Shown: piece after piece, positions 1 to 8,613 of the stretch
Position numbering within the stretch: position 1 is the stretch's first letter
How the letters are laid out: every line of letters begins with the position of its first letter
Origin: an uncultured Candidatus Saccharibacteria bacterium
GTDB lineage: Bacteria > Patescibacteriota > Minisyncoccia > UBA6257 > GWB1-50-10
NCBI GenBank assembly: GCA_964366055.1
Contig: CAYISE010000001.1
Location: 1-57,082 of the forward strand
DNA length: 57,082 nt
Direction of reading: 5' to 3'
The notes under the pieces: model-generated
What the model was told of the DNA's origin: nothing
The model's database searches: none
Seen by the model: the letters and a program-made list of their open reading frames with translations, nothing else
Made by a program: the position numbers and the translations under genes

Positions 1-271
1 GTATCGCTTCGATCCCCTGAAGCATCTTTCCGGTGGTCGCTCCGTGAGCCCCGGAACCCACGCGCAGATTGTATTTCGGCTGCGGCACCGACAAATTCTT
101 GAAGAAAACTTTGTCCATCAGATAATCGTAATGCTGGCCGGTGTGCAAAATGAAAAATTTTACCTTCCGGCGGTCCGCTTCCCGGATAACCGGCGCCATT
201 TTGATGACCTCCGGCCGAGTGCCTATGACAAAGCAAAAATACGGCCGGCGGGATTTATCTTTTCTTTTCAT
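1..271 (-). CDS. wecB: UDP-N-acetylglucosamine 2-epimerase (non-hydrolysing), N-terminal about 90 aa; gene runs off the window start
   Basis: Not in the ORF track because it is truncated. My manual translation of the minus strand from the ATG at 271-269 gives MKRKDKSRRPYFCFVIGTRPEVIKMAPVIREADRRKVKFFILHTGQHYDYLMDKVFFKNLSVPQPKYNLRVGSGAHGATTGKMLQGIEAI. GTRPE.IKMAPV, HTGQHYD and VGSG.HG are hallmark WecB/MnaA motifs. Confidence 0.75.
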   Translation of the reverse strand, partial: MKRKDKSRRPYFCFVIGTRPEVIKMAPVIREADRRKVKFFILHTGQHYDYLMDKVFFKNLSVPQPKYNLRVGSGAHGATTGKMLQGIEAI

Positions 272-1040
272 AAATTTTCGCATCCACCAAAAACCGATAC
301 CAGAATCCCTGCAGAAAATGAAAAATTAATCCTTCCTTTCCGTCCAAAAATCCCAGCCGCAGGAAATAGCGGTATAAAAAATAGAAACACGGCCGGAAAA
401 ACAGCGGCAGGCGGTAATAGAAAGAACGTTTGGGGTTGCTCGCGGCGCCGCCCTTTAAAATATCGTTCACTTCCCGGGAGGAATAATTATTGTGGCGCTC
501 TATCCACTCCCTCAATCCCTTCCGGTTGTCATCGGCAAAATCGTTCTCCAATCGGCCGGCTCCTCCTTCAGTCAGGACAATATGCTCGTCCATTTCTTTG
601 TCTTCGGAACGACCCTTTCCTCTCCGCCATAATCTCAAGAACCAAGCGGGATAATAGCCGCCGTGCTTCATCCACCGGCCCATAAAATAAACCCGGCGTT
701 TCATATAGAATCCCGAGACCTCGGCCGACACCCCCGGCAAAACCTCGGCGATTTCATTCTTCAATTCCGGGGTCAGGTATTCATCGGCATCCAATTTCAA
801 AATCCACTCGCTTTCTACCTCCAAATTATCCAGCGCCCAGTTAAATTGCTCGGCTTGATTTTTAAAGGGGTGGATGAAAAATTCAGCGCCGTAACGTTTC
901 GCGATGGCCGGGGTCTTATCGGTGGAATAAGAATCAACGACGAAAATCTCGCCGGCCCAACCGGAAACGCTCCGAAGACACCGATCAACATTTAACTCCT
1001 CGTTATAGGTCAGTATGATTACCGCGATAGATGGTCTCAT
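255..1040 (-). CDS. family 2 glycosyltransferase
   Basis: 261 aa. N-terminal VIILTYNEELNV...VVDSYSTDKT and a DxD-like LDADE, typical of the GT-A/GT2 fold. Confidence 0.8.
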   Translation of the reverse strand: MRPSIAVIILTYNEELNVDRCLRSVSGWAGEIFVVDSYSTDKTPAIAKRYGAEFFIHPFKNQAEQFNWALDNLEVESEWILKLDADEYLTPELKNEIAEVLPGVSAEVSGFYMKRRVYFMGRWMKHGGYYPAWFLRLWRRGKGRSEDKEMDEHIVLTEGGAGRLENDFADDNRKGLREWIERHNNYSSREVNDILKGGAASNPKRSFYYRLPLFFRPCFYFLYRYFLRLGFLDGKEGLIFHFLQGFWYRFLVDAKIYEKKR

Positions 1041-2193
1041 ATTCTTTCAAAAATTTGCCGGCTATTTCGGAAAGAGAAAATTCTCTTTTAATCAGTTCCC
1101 GGCCGCCGGCCTTTAATCGCTCGGCTAAAACGGGGTCCCCGATAATTTTCAAAATTGACCGCGCCAATTCTCCCTCGTCTTTATTTACCACTATACCCGC
1201 CTCATACTTCTCAATCAAAGGGCTAATCCCCACCCCTTTGGTAACCACGACCGCCGTTTGACTCATTCCTTCCGCAACCGCCATACCGAAATTTTCAGAA
1301 TAAGACGGCAAAACAAAAATCTGCGAGTCCCGAAAAGCGGCGGTTTTATCTTCACCCAAAAGCATTCCCGTAAAAATAACATTGCCCTTCAAATTATTTT
1401 CATCTATCCAATCCTCAATCTGCTTTCTGTAACCTTCGTCATCGCCGCCCGCTAAGACCAAAAACGCTCTCGGCTCTTCGGTCAGCACCCGTTTGAACGC
1501 TGGAATCAACGTATCCAAACCCTTCTTCCAATTCAGACGGCCCAAAAAGAGGACGATTTTTTTATCAGCCGGAATATTAAACTTTTTCCTGAAAAATCCC
1601 GCCGGGGTTTTCTCCTTAAATTCATCCGCGTCAAAACCGTTGGGGATGATAAAAGAATTTTTGAGCGGCAAGCCGGCTGCCAGATATTCTTCCTTTTCGG
1701 CCTCAACCGTAAAATGAATCGCCGCCGCCTTGGCCAGATTTCTTTTTTCAATCAAACCGAGATAAACTCTTTTTTTTAAACGGCCTTTCATGGCCAGAGG
1801 TTCTTTCATCAAACTGCCCCTCGGTGAAATAATATAGGGCTTATCGCGCTTTCTGGCATAATAAGCGCCCAATGTTGATGCCGCCAGAAAAACCGACGTG
1901 ATATGAACGATGTCAAATTCTTGAATGGTTTTGGCTAAAGTCAGGTGCAGATCCAAAGAATAAGACCACCCTCTCGGGAAAAAACTTTGGAAGTAAAAAA
2001 TCTTGACGTCGTCCAATCTCACAATTTCACCCAACGGCACCGCCAATTCCCCCGCTCCGTCTATATTGGTCGTGTAAACCGTCACATCGGCGCCTTTTTT
2101 AACCAGCCATTTGTTCAATTGGTGAACGCTCAAAATAGGACCGCCTTGTCTATAGGCGGGCAGATAAGTCGGAACAATGTGGAGAATTTTCAT
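1003..2193 (-). CDS. family 4 (GT-B) glycosyltransferase
   Basis: 396 aa. MKILHIVPTY... N-terminus and C-terminal EX7E-type motif PSYSENFGMAVAEGM. Confidence 0.8.
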   Translation of the reverse strand: MKILHIVPTYLPAYRQGGPILSVHQLNKWLVKKGADVTVYTTNIDGAGELAVPLGEIVRLDDVKIFYFQSFFPRGWSYSLDLHLTLAKTIQEFDIVHITSVFLAASTLGAYYARKRDKPYIISPRGSLMKEPLAMKGRLKKRVYLGLIEKRNLAKAAAIHFTVEAEKEEYLAAGLPLKNSFIIPNGFDADEFKEKTPAGFFRKKFNIPADKKIVLFLGRLNWKKGLDTLIPAFKRVLTEEPRAFLVLAGGDDEGYRKQIEDWIDENNLKGNVIFTGMLLGEDKTAAFRDSQIFVLPSYSENFGMAVAEGMSQTAVVVTKGVGISPLIEKYEAGIVVNKDEGELARSILKIIGDPVLAERLKAGGRELIKREFSLSEIAGKFLKEYETIYRGNHTDL

Positions 2194-3114
2194 TTATTTT
2201 CGGCCCAGAGCGTGCTTCAGGTCGCCCCGAAAACCTTCCCACTCGCCGACGCATCTCGCTAATTCCTGGATGAAATAAACATAAAGGAACGGGAAAAAAT
2301 CTTTCAATCCGTTTTTTGAGCGGCGGCTTATTTTTACGACGCGCAAGGTAGCGGGGACTATTAAAATAAACCTCAATACGAAAATTACATTCTTCGCAAG
2401 CAACTTTAGGAAAAGAAGCGGCAAGGGATACTTATCCATAAAATATTGCTGGAGGGGGCCGAACCGCCCGCGCGCCTTTCTCGCGTGCCAGAATTCTTTG
2501 AAATTATCCGGCTGGGGATGCTGAACTACAATTGACGGGTCGTAAACTTTTTTATATCCGCCTTCGGTCAGCTTCTTCCCCAAAAGCCAGTCGCGGCAAA
2601 ACTTCGCGGGGTAGCTCGGACCGAACATTCCCAATTTGAGCGCCAAGTCCCTCCGGCACGAAAACGCTTCGGCATAATACATATCACTCCGGCCCTCGTG
2701 TTCCGAAATATGAAGCGCGCCCACGAAACGGGAAAAAACGTTTTTTGTTCGTGGATAATCGGAATCCACCAAAACCCAATCGGCGCCGGCTTCGTATTTC
2801 TCGGCAAGCCGATCCAGAAAATCTTTCGGAGGCCGCACGTCGGCATCGGCCTGGACGATGATATCCCCCGTCGCCTGTTCAATGCCAAGATTGACCGCCT
2901 CGCAACATCCTTTTCTCGGGCCATTTATCAAACGCACGCCCTTTGAGACATATTCTTTGATTATCTCCGGCGTCCGGTCGGATGAATCGTCAATAATCAA
3001 AATTTCCTTATTCGGGTAGGATAAGCCGATGAAACTCTCCAATGTTTCGCGGATATCTTTCTCTTCGTTGCAGGAAGGGGTGATAATGCTGAATTTAAGG
3101 CCGTTTTTGGCCAT
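2194..3114 (-). CDS. family 2 glycosyltransferase
   Basis: 306 aa. FSIITPSCNEEKDI...IIDDSSDRT, then QADADV (DxD), with a hydrophobic C-terminal segment. Confidence 0.75.
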   Translation of the reverse strand: MAKNGLKFSIITPSCNEEKDIRETLESFIGLSYPNKEILIIDDSSDRTPEIIKEYVSKGVRLINGPRKGCCEAVNLGIEQATGDIIVQADADVRPPKDFLDRLAEKYEAGADWVLVDSDYPRTKNVFSRFVGALHISEHEGRSDMYYAEAFSCRRDLALKLGMFGPSYPAKFCRDWLLGKKLTEGGYKKVYDPSIVVQHPQPDNFKEFWHARKARGRFGPLQQYFMDKYPLPLLFLKLLAKNVIFVLRFILIVPATLRVVKISRRSKNGLKDFFPFLYVYFIQELARCVGEWEGFRGDLKHALGRK

Positions 3115-3949
3115 GGGGAACCGCTAAAATATTATGCGACGTTTCTATGGTAGGCGCTTCGGTTATCGACGTCAAATTATTTTCGCCTATCAGATGAAGA
3201 GCGTAATCATTTTGACCGAAGAATATTTTCGCGTCTTCCCATTTGAATCCGGCCCGACTCCAATTGTCCCGGTTATATTCAAAAATGACGGAGGGGTTGA
3301 ATTTTCTTATACTTTCGGCCGCGCCTTTAATGATGGGAAAATCGCTTCCTCGGGTGTCTATCTTGATGAGGTCCAAACGATTAAGTCCTTCGTCCGCCGC
3401 CACTTTGTCCACGGTTGATACTTGAACCTCAAAAGATTTTTCCAGATTGTTCAGTTCATACAAACTTGAAGTTCCCTTGTCCGGCATTTGGTCGTTGTAA
3501 GAAAAAAGGTTCGTCTTCCCCTCTTTATCGGACAAGGCCGAGCTGAAGACCTTGATGTTGTTGAGGCCGTTGAGAAGGATGTTATCCATCAGTTTCTTTC
3601 GGATGTCCGGATGGGGTTCAAAAGCCAGAACCCTTCCGGTCTCGCCGGCCAATCGGCCCATCACGAGGGCGTGGGTTCCGATGTAGGCCCCCGCGTCAAT
3701 CGCGACGGAGCCCTCTTTAAGGACGCTCTTGAAAAAATCAACGACTTTTTTTTCATACTGTCCGCGAAAAAAAATATCCCACTCCACGTACGATGAGGTA
3801 TCAACGTTAATCAGCAGGCCGTTACCGTATTTTATCGTCTCCTTAATCCGTAATTTTTTTGAGTTAAAAAACAATCTCAATATTCTTTGAGTCCCCCGCG
3901 GATGGAATCTTCGCGTAATAGCCGCCAGAACTCTAGCAAACGCGCTCAT
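3095..3949 (-). CDS. FkbM-family SAM-dependent methyltransferase
   Basis: 284 aa. DAGAYIGTHAL SAM-binding glycine loop and FEPHP, resembling FkbM-type sugar O-methyltransferases. Confidence 0.65.
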   Translation of the reverse strand: MSAFARVLAAITRRFHPRGTQRILRLFFNSKKLRIKETIKYGNGLLINVDTSSYVEWDIFFRGQYEKKVVDFFKSVLKEGSVAIDAGAYIGTHALVMGRLAGETGRVLAFEPHPDIRKKLMDNILLNGLNNIKVFSSALSDKEGKTNLFSYNDQMPDKGTSSLYELNNLEKSFEVQVSTVDKVAADEGLNRLDLIKIDTRGSDFPIIKGAAESIRKFNPSVIFEYNRDNWSRAGFKWEDAKIFFGQNDYALHLIGENNLTSITEAPTIETSHNILAVPHGQKRP

Positions 3950-5054
3950 TTGCTTCTTTCAGAGAGGAAACGACGTAGCTCAATTCTTCCTCGGATATAA
4001 CTGGCCCGCTCGGAAGATAAAAGCCGTTCCGAGCAACCTCATTCGCCACCGGACAATCGCTCTCTTTCGTCCATCCTTGCTTTATGAAAATCTCCTGCAT
4101 ATTGGCCGGAACGAAGGATTCCCGCGTCTCAATGCCTTTTTGTTTCAACGCATCTGTAATTTCTTTTCGCCGGCCTTCCAATCTGCCCCGAAGTACAACG
4201 TGAAACATCCAGTAGACATTCTTCGCGTAGGATTTTTCAACCGGCAGTTGGATATCGACCAAGTATTTCAGATTTTTCAGATAAAAATCGGCTATCGCCC
4301 TCTTTTTTTCTACGGCTATCTCAATTTTATTGAGTTGAGCGCAACCCAAGGCCGCCTGCAGATTGGTCAAGCGGTAATTAAAACCGACATCGCTGTGCAT
4401 GAACCTGTTTTCAATTCCGTAAGCCAATGATTTCAGAGACCTCGCGCGGTCCGCGTATTCCTTATTGTTCGTTGCGAGCATCCCACCCTCGCCAGTCGTG
4501 ATTATCTTATTGGCGTAAAAACTGAAAACGCCGATGTCGCCGAGCGCGCCGACCTTCCTGCCTTTGTATTCCGCGCCGTGGGCCTCGGCCGCGTCTTCAA
4601 TGACAAAAAGATTATATTTCTTGGCGACAGCGAGCACCGGGTCCATATCCACCGGATGGCCGTAAATATGCACCGCCATAATGGCTTTGGTTCTGGAGGT
4701 GATTTTTGATTCCAAAAGCGAAGGATTCAGATTCCAAGTGTCGGTTTCAATGTCTATCGGAACGGGTTTCGCTCCCGTGTAAAGCACGGCGAAAAATGTG
4801 GCCATGTTGGTGAAGGTGGAAACCAAAACCTCATCGCCGGGGCCTATTTTCAAAGTCGCGAGCGCCAGATGGAGCGCCGCCGTTCCACTAGAAGCGGCCA
4901 CTCCGTAAGAACATCCGGAATATCCGGCAAAACCACTCTCAAATTCGCCGATGAATTTTCCGAAGTTCCCGGAAATTTCTCCGGAATCAAGCGCCTCCGC
5001 CACTAATTTTTTCTCCTCCTCGCCGATGAACGGCCGGGAAACGGGAATATACAT
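3933..5054 (-). CDS. DegT/DnrJ/EryC1/StrS-family PLP-dependent sugar aminotransferase
   Basis: 373 aa. FE..FA.Y.G..Y..A..SGTAALHLAL and the PLP-lysine region FSFYANKIITTGEGGM. Confidence 0.85.
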   Translation of the reverse strand: MYIPVSRPFIGEEEKKLVAEALDSGEISGNFGKFIGEFESGFAGYSGCSYGVAASSGTAALHLALATLKIGPGDEVLVSTFTNMATFFAVLYTGAKPVPIDIETDTWNLNPSLLESKITSRTKAIMAVHIYGHPVDMDPVLAVAKKYNLFVIEDAAEAHGAEYKGRKVGALGDIGVFSFYANKIITTGEGGMLATNNKEYADRARSLKSLAYGIENRFMHSDVGFNYRLTNLQAALGCAQLNKIEIAVEKKRAIADFYLKNLKYLVDIQLPVEKSYAKNVYWMFHVVLRGRLEGRRKEITDALKQKGIETRESFVPANMQEIFIKQGWTKESDCPVANEVARNGFYLPSGPVISEEELSYVVSSLKEANERVC

Positions 5055-5107
5055 TGTCCCTAATTATGGCGAGAGTCCCCGAAAAACGCAAATAAATACA
5101 TAACTCC

Positions 5108-6889
5108 TCACTTGAAGATCAGGTAGTTTCCCAAAACCAAAATATCAATCCCGCTTCTCATAAAAGTGGAGTAGGCGTCTTCGGGAGTATTGACAATCGG
5201 TTCGCCTTTGAGATTGAACGAGGTGTTTAAAATTAAAGGCACGCCGGTTTTTTCGTAAAACGCCTTTATCAACTTATAGTAGCGGGGGGATTCTTCCGGA
5301 AACACGAGCTGCGGCCGGGCCGTCCCGTCCACGTGCGTGATGGCCGGAACGATTTTTTGCTTTTCCTTCCTGACATTCACGACGTAGAGCATGAACCGGG
5401 CCGGCAGACGGGTTTCCGCTTCGGACAATTCAAAAAAATCATTCGCCTTATCTCCTAAAACCGATGGAGCGAAGGGCCGATAGGGTTCGCGGAATTTTAT
5501 CTTGGTGTTCACGATATCCTTCATATCCGCCCGCCGGGGGTCGGCGATAATTGAACGGCTCCCGAGCGCGCGCGGACCCCATTCAAACCGGCCGTTAAAC
5601 CAACCGACAACTTTCCCTTCGGCAACGCTTTTCACAACTTCATCAATCAGCCCATTTTCATCGTTAAAATAACGATGACTGATTTTTTCTCCCTCTAAAA
5701 AACTTTTTATCTCGGCATCGGAGTACTCGGCGCCGAAATAGGCGTGCTTCATCACATACTTTCTGGGAGCGCTGAAGATTTGATGCTCAACGAGCAGAGC
5801 CGAACCCAGAGCGCCGCCGGCATCGCCGGCCGCCGGCTGGACGAACATGTTTTTGAACGGAGATTGCTTCAACATCTTCCAATTCGCCACCGAATTCAGC
5901 CCAACGCCTCCGGCCAAGCAAAGATTTTCGCAACCAGTTAATCTGTGCGCCTCGTTCGCGAGTCCTGTGACTGCTTCCTCATGAACCGCCTGGAGGGAAG
6001 CGGCAACGTCGGCATAATACTCTTGTTCCAACGCAATCCGTTCGTATTCTTCTCTCTCCGGCTTCGGACCGAAATATGACGGCCAGCCGGTCTCCCGGGT
6101 AAAAAATTTTGATTTCGGGTCGCGCGGCTTGCCGAAAAGTTCGGTGAATTTCTTCGAAAAACTCTTATTAAGCGAGCAATGGAAACTGAAATAACTTAAA
6201 TCGAGCTCATACGAGCCATCGTCAAAAAATTTGAGCATTTTTCTCACTTTATCCGCGTATTTCGGCTTGCCGTAAGGCGCCATGCCCATCACTTTGTATT
6301 CGCCTTCGTTAACCTCAAAGCCGAGAAAAGCGGTGAAAGCGGAATAAAGAAGCCCGAGCGAGTGGGGGAAATGAACCTCCTTGAGAATTTTTATTTTTGT
6401 CCCTTCTCCGATACCAATCGTCGTAACGGCCCACTCGCCAACCCCATCTATCGTAAGGACAGCGGCTTTTTCGTAAGGCGAGCAGAAGAAAGCCGATGCG
6501 CCGTGGGCCAAATGATGCTCGGCAAAAAGAATTTTTTCGGGAGCGATATCAAGTTCTTTGGCAATAAGGGCGCGGACCCACAACTTGCTCAAAAAAAGAT
6601 GTTTGATGGATTCCTTGAAAACAAGAGGCGCGAACGGAAAAGTCGCCAAATTATTCTTGAATATTCTTTCAAATTTCAAGAAGGGTTTTTCATAGAAAAT
6701 CACGTAATCAAGAGCGCCAGCATCCAAATTTCCTTCTTTTAGAACGAATCTAATCGCTTCTTTGGGAAAGGCGGAGTCATTTTTCTTCCTTGAGAAACGC
6801 TCTTCCTCCGCTAGGGCGACCGGCCGGCCGTCAATCAAAAGGGCGGCGGCGGAATCGTGATAAAAAAAAGACAATCCGAGGACTTTCAT
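5108..6889 (-). CDS. NodU/CmcH-family carbamoyltransferase
   Basis: 593 aa. N-terminal LGLSFFYHDSAAALL and C-terminal NTSFNLKGEPIV, both characteristic of O-carbamoyltransferases. Confidence 0.85.
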   Translation of the reverse strand: MKVLGLSFFYHDSAAALLIDGRPVALAEEERFSRKKNDSAFPKEAIRFVLKEGNLDAGALDYVIFYEKPFLKFERIFKNNLATFPFAPLVFKESIKHLFLSKLWVRALIAKELDIAPEKILFAEHHLAHGASAFFCSPYEKAAVLTIDGVGEWAVTTIGIGEGTKIKILKEVHFPHSLGLLYSAFTAFLGFEVNEGEYKVMGMAPYGKPKYADKVRKMLKFFDDGSYELDLSYFSFHCSLNKSFSKKFTELFGKPRDPKSKFFTRETGWPSYFGPKPEREEYERIALEQEYYADVAASLQAVHEEAVTGLANEAHRLTGCENLCLAGGVGLNSVANWKMLKQSPFKNMFVQPAAGDAGGALGSALLVEHQIFSAPRKYVMKHAYFGAEYSDAEIKSFLEGEKISHRYFNDENGLIDEVVKSVAEGKVVGWFNGRFEWGPRALGSRSIIADPRRADMKDIVNTKIKFREPYRPFAPSVLGDKANDFFELSEAETRLPARFMLYVVNVRKEKQKIVPAITHVDGTARPQLVFPEESPRYYKLIKAFYEKTGVPLILNTSFNLKGEPIVNTPEDAYSTFMRSGIDILVLGNYLIFK

Positions 6890-6894
6890 GTTCT

Positions 6895-7161
6895 TTAAAA
6901 TTCGTTCTCAAAATCCTTGAGCGCGAGGATAGTTTTTTTCTTCTCCACCCAATTGGAATTTTTTGATTGGGCAGCCAGCGGATTTTTGCCGAAAATCCTG
7001 AACGGCAGAGCGAAAAGAGCAAAGACGGTGAAATAAAAAACGACCAGAACCACGCCGGAAACAAAATTCCCGATAATGAGTCCGAATTTCATCCAAGCAT
7101 CCAGCATCCTCTTGAAAATCCCTCGGTTCATTTTAGAAAATGGTATAGATGAAAGGTCCAA
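6895..7161 (-). CDS. small membrane protein of the kind that accompanies carbamoyltransferases (SxtJ-like?)
   Basis: 88 aa with one long hydrophobic stretch (FGLIIGNFVSGVVLVVFYFTVFALFALPF), immediately upstream of the carbamoyltransferase. The family name is recalled from memory, not tested. Confidence 0.5.
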   Translation of the reverse strand: MDLSSIPFSKMNRGIFKRMLDAWMKFGLIIGNFVSGVVLVVFYFTVFALFALPFRIFGKNPLAAQSKNSNWVEKKKTILALKDFENEF

Positions 7162-7333
7162 GAGGAGAACTCTGGGCGAAAATTATGACAAGGAAAAAGA
7201 CGACGATGAGCGCGACCATGGGAATAAGCCACCACATCTTATTCTGCCAAAGAAAACCGAATAAACGCGCCACAATACCGAAACGTATTGAAATCGTTTT
7301 CCAAAGACCCGATATTCTATCGGCAAATCTCAT
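7133..7333 (-). CDS. DUF5989-like small membrane protein
   Basis: 66 aa ending ...WWLIPMVALIVVFFLVIIFAQSSPLGPFIYTIF. This resembles the conserved C-terminus of small proteins found with carbamoyltransferase genes. Confidence 0.55.
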   Translation of the reverse strand: MRFADRISGLWKTISIRFGIVARLFGFLWQNKMWWLIPMVALIVVFFLVIIFAQSSPLGPFIYTIF

Positions 7334-7400
7334 TATTTTTATGATAATTCACAATTGATACGTAATGCAACCTAATTTTGGATTATCACCCATGTATCTC

Positions 7401-7561
7401 CCCGCCGGCGCTTCACCCGAAAACACGCTGTGTCAAATTCCCCAGGGAATTTGGAGAAAAGCAATCCCATTGCTTTTCTCCTCTCGGCCTCGCTCTCTCG
7501 CTTCGCTCGAACCATGCCCGCTTGGCCTGCGAGACGGTTTTCTTGGCGAAGCGCCGGCGGG
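7401..7561. repeat. GC-rich structured element with 14-bp perfect terminal inverted repeats (MITE/REP-like or structured RNA)
   Basis: CCCGCCGGCGCTTC (7401-7414) is the exact reverse complement of GAAGCGCCGGCGGG (7548-7561). There is an internal 13-bp hairpin GGAGAAAAGCAAT-CCC-ATTGCTTTTCTCC (7453-7481). It shares TCGGCCTCGCT, GAGCGAAGCGAG (reverse complement) and TGCCCGCTTGGCCTG with the element at 35640-35885. Confidence 0.7.
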
Positions 7562-7649
7562 AATATAATTCAAGATGATTGAGACAACAATTGGTCAATT
7601 TATCAAATAGCTTGAAAAAATAATTAAAGGGTCTACAATCAAAAACATT

Positions 7650-8606
7650 ATGGCTGAAGAAATTAGGGGAAAAAAGGTCTGTGTTATCGGGGGCGCCGGT
7701 TTTTTGGGCAGTCATCTCGTGGATTATCTCGTGGAAGAAAAGAACTGCGAAGTGCTGGTGCTGGATAATCTAATCTCCGGGCTCAAAAAACATATCAATA
7801 AAAAGGCGGAATTCGCCTGGTATGACATCCGCGACGACGAGCACGAACTGATAGGCATCCTGAAGAGCCACGGAATAGGGTACGTCTTCAACTACGCGGC
7901 CGAGCCGTACATCCCGGAGGGATTTGAGCGACCGAAACATTTTTTCATAATCAACGCTTTGGCTGTTTTGAATGTCCTGAATGCCTGCCAGAAAGCCAAC
8001 GTGAAGAAAATCCTGCAGGTGAGTTCCGCCGAGATCTACGGGGATATGAAAGGCAAGATCAAGGAAAGCGATATGGTGGTGGCCCACTCCACCTACGGCG
8101 TCTCCAAAATGGCGGCGGACGGGCTGGTGCAGGTGCGCTGGCGGGAAGGACAAGTGCCAGCCATCGCCATGCGGCAGTTCAATTGCGTGGGTGAACGAGA
8201 AACTCACGAATACGTCATTCCGGAGATTGTGAGCCAACTGGCCCAAGGCCCCATAGTCCATTTGGGTAACAACAGCTTCCGTGATTTCCAATATGCCGGC
8301 GACGCCGTCCGGATGGCAACGGAACTTTTGGAGAAGGGCGAACCCGGCGAGGTTTACAATATGGGATCGGAAGAAGGTATCCAGATATACGATTTGGCGA
8401 ACCTGATCGGAAAACTGATGGGCTACGAAAAGATTGAGATCGTGACCGAACAAAAAAGAGTGAGGCCGTGGGAAATCTGGCACCTTCAATCGGATAATAC
8501 CAAGTTATATTCGATAATCAGCTACCGCCCGAAAACAAAACTTGAGGAAGCTTTGAAGAAAACCATCAAATACTTCCGGGATAACGCCGGAAAATGGGAT
8601 TTCTAG
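7650..8606 (+). CDS. NAD-dependent epimerase/dehydratase (extended SDR)
   Basis: 318 aa. GGAGFLGSHL Rossmann motif and catalytic YGVSK (YxxxK). Confidence 0.8.
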   Translation: MAEEIRGKKVCVIGGAGFLGSHLVDYLVEEKNCEVLVLDNLISGLKKHINKKAEFAWYDIRDDEHELIGILKSHGIGYVFNYAAEPYIPEGFERPKHFFIINALAVLNVLNACQKANVKKILQVSSAEIYGDMKGKIKESDMVVAHSTYGVSKMAADGLVQVRWREGQVPAIAMRQFNCVGERETHEYVIPEIVSQLAQGPIVHLGNNSFRDFQYAGDAVRMATELLEKGEPGEVYNMGSEEGIQIYDLANLIGKLMGYEKIEIVTEQKRVRPWEIWHLQSDNTKLYSIISYRPKTKLEEALKKTIKYFRDNAGKWDF

Positions 8607-8613
8607 CCGTTCT

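Noticed and set aside
44-685. 213-aa plus-strand ORF at the window start
   Set aside because: It is antisense to two well-supported minus-strand genes, the wecB fragment (1-271) and the GT2 (255-1040). Its translation is Arg/Pro/Gly-rich and low in complexity, with no motif.
7365-7715. Three small ORFs (66-100 aa) in the 7.4-7.7 kb intergenic region
   Set aside because: They overlap one another in different frames across the TIR-bounded GC-rich element and have repeat-derived, Arg/Pro/Ser-rich translations. They are better explained as a non-coding structured repeat.
7770-8489. 239-aa minus-strand ORF
   Set aside because: It is entirely antisense to the SDR gene 7650-8606, which has clear GxxGxxG and YxxxK motifs. 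It has no motifs of its own.
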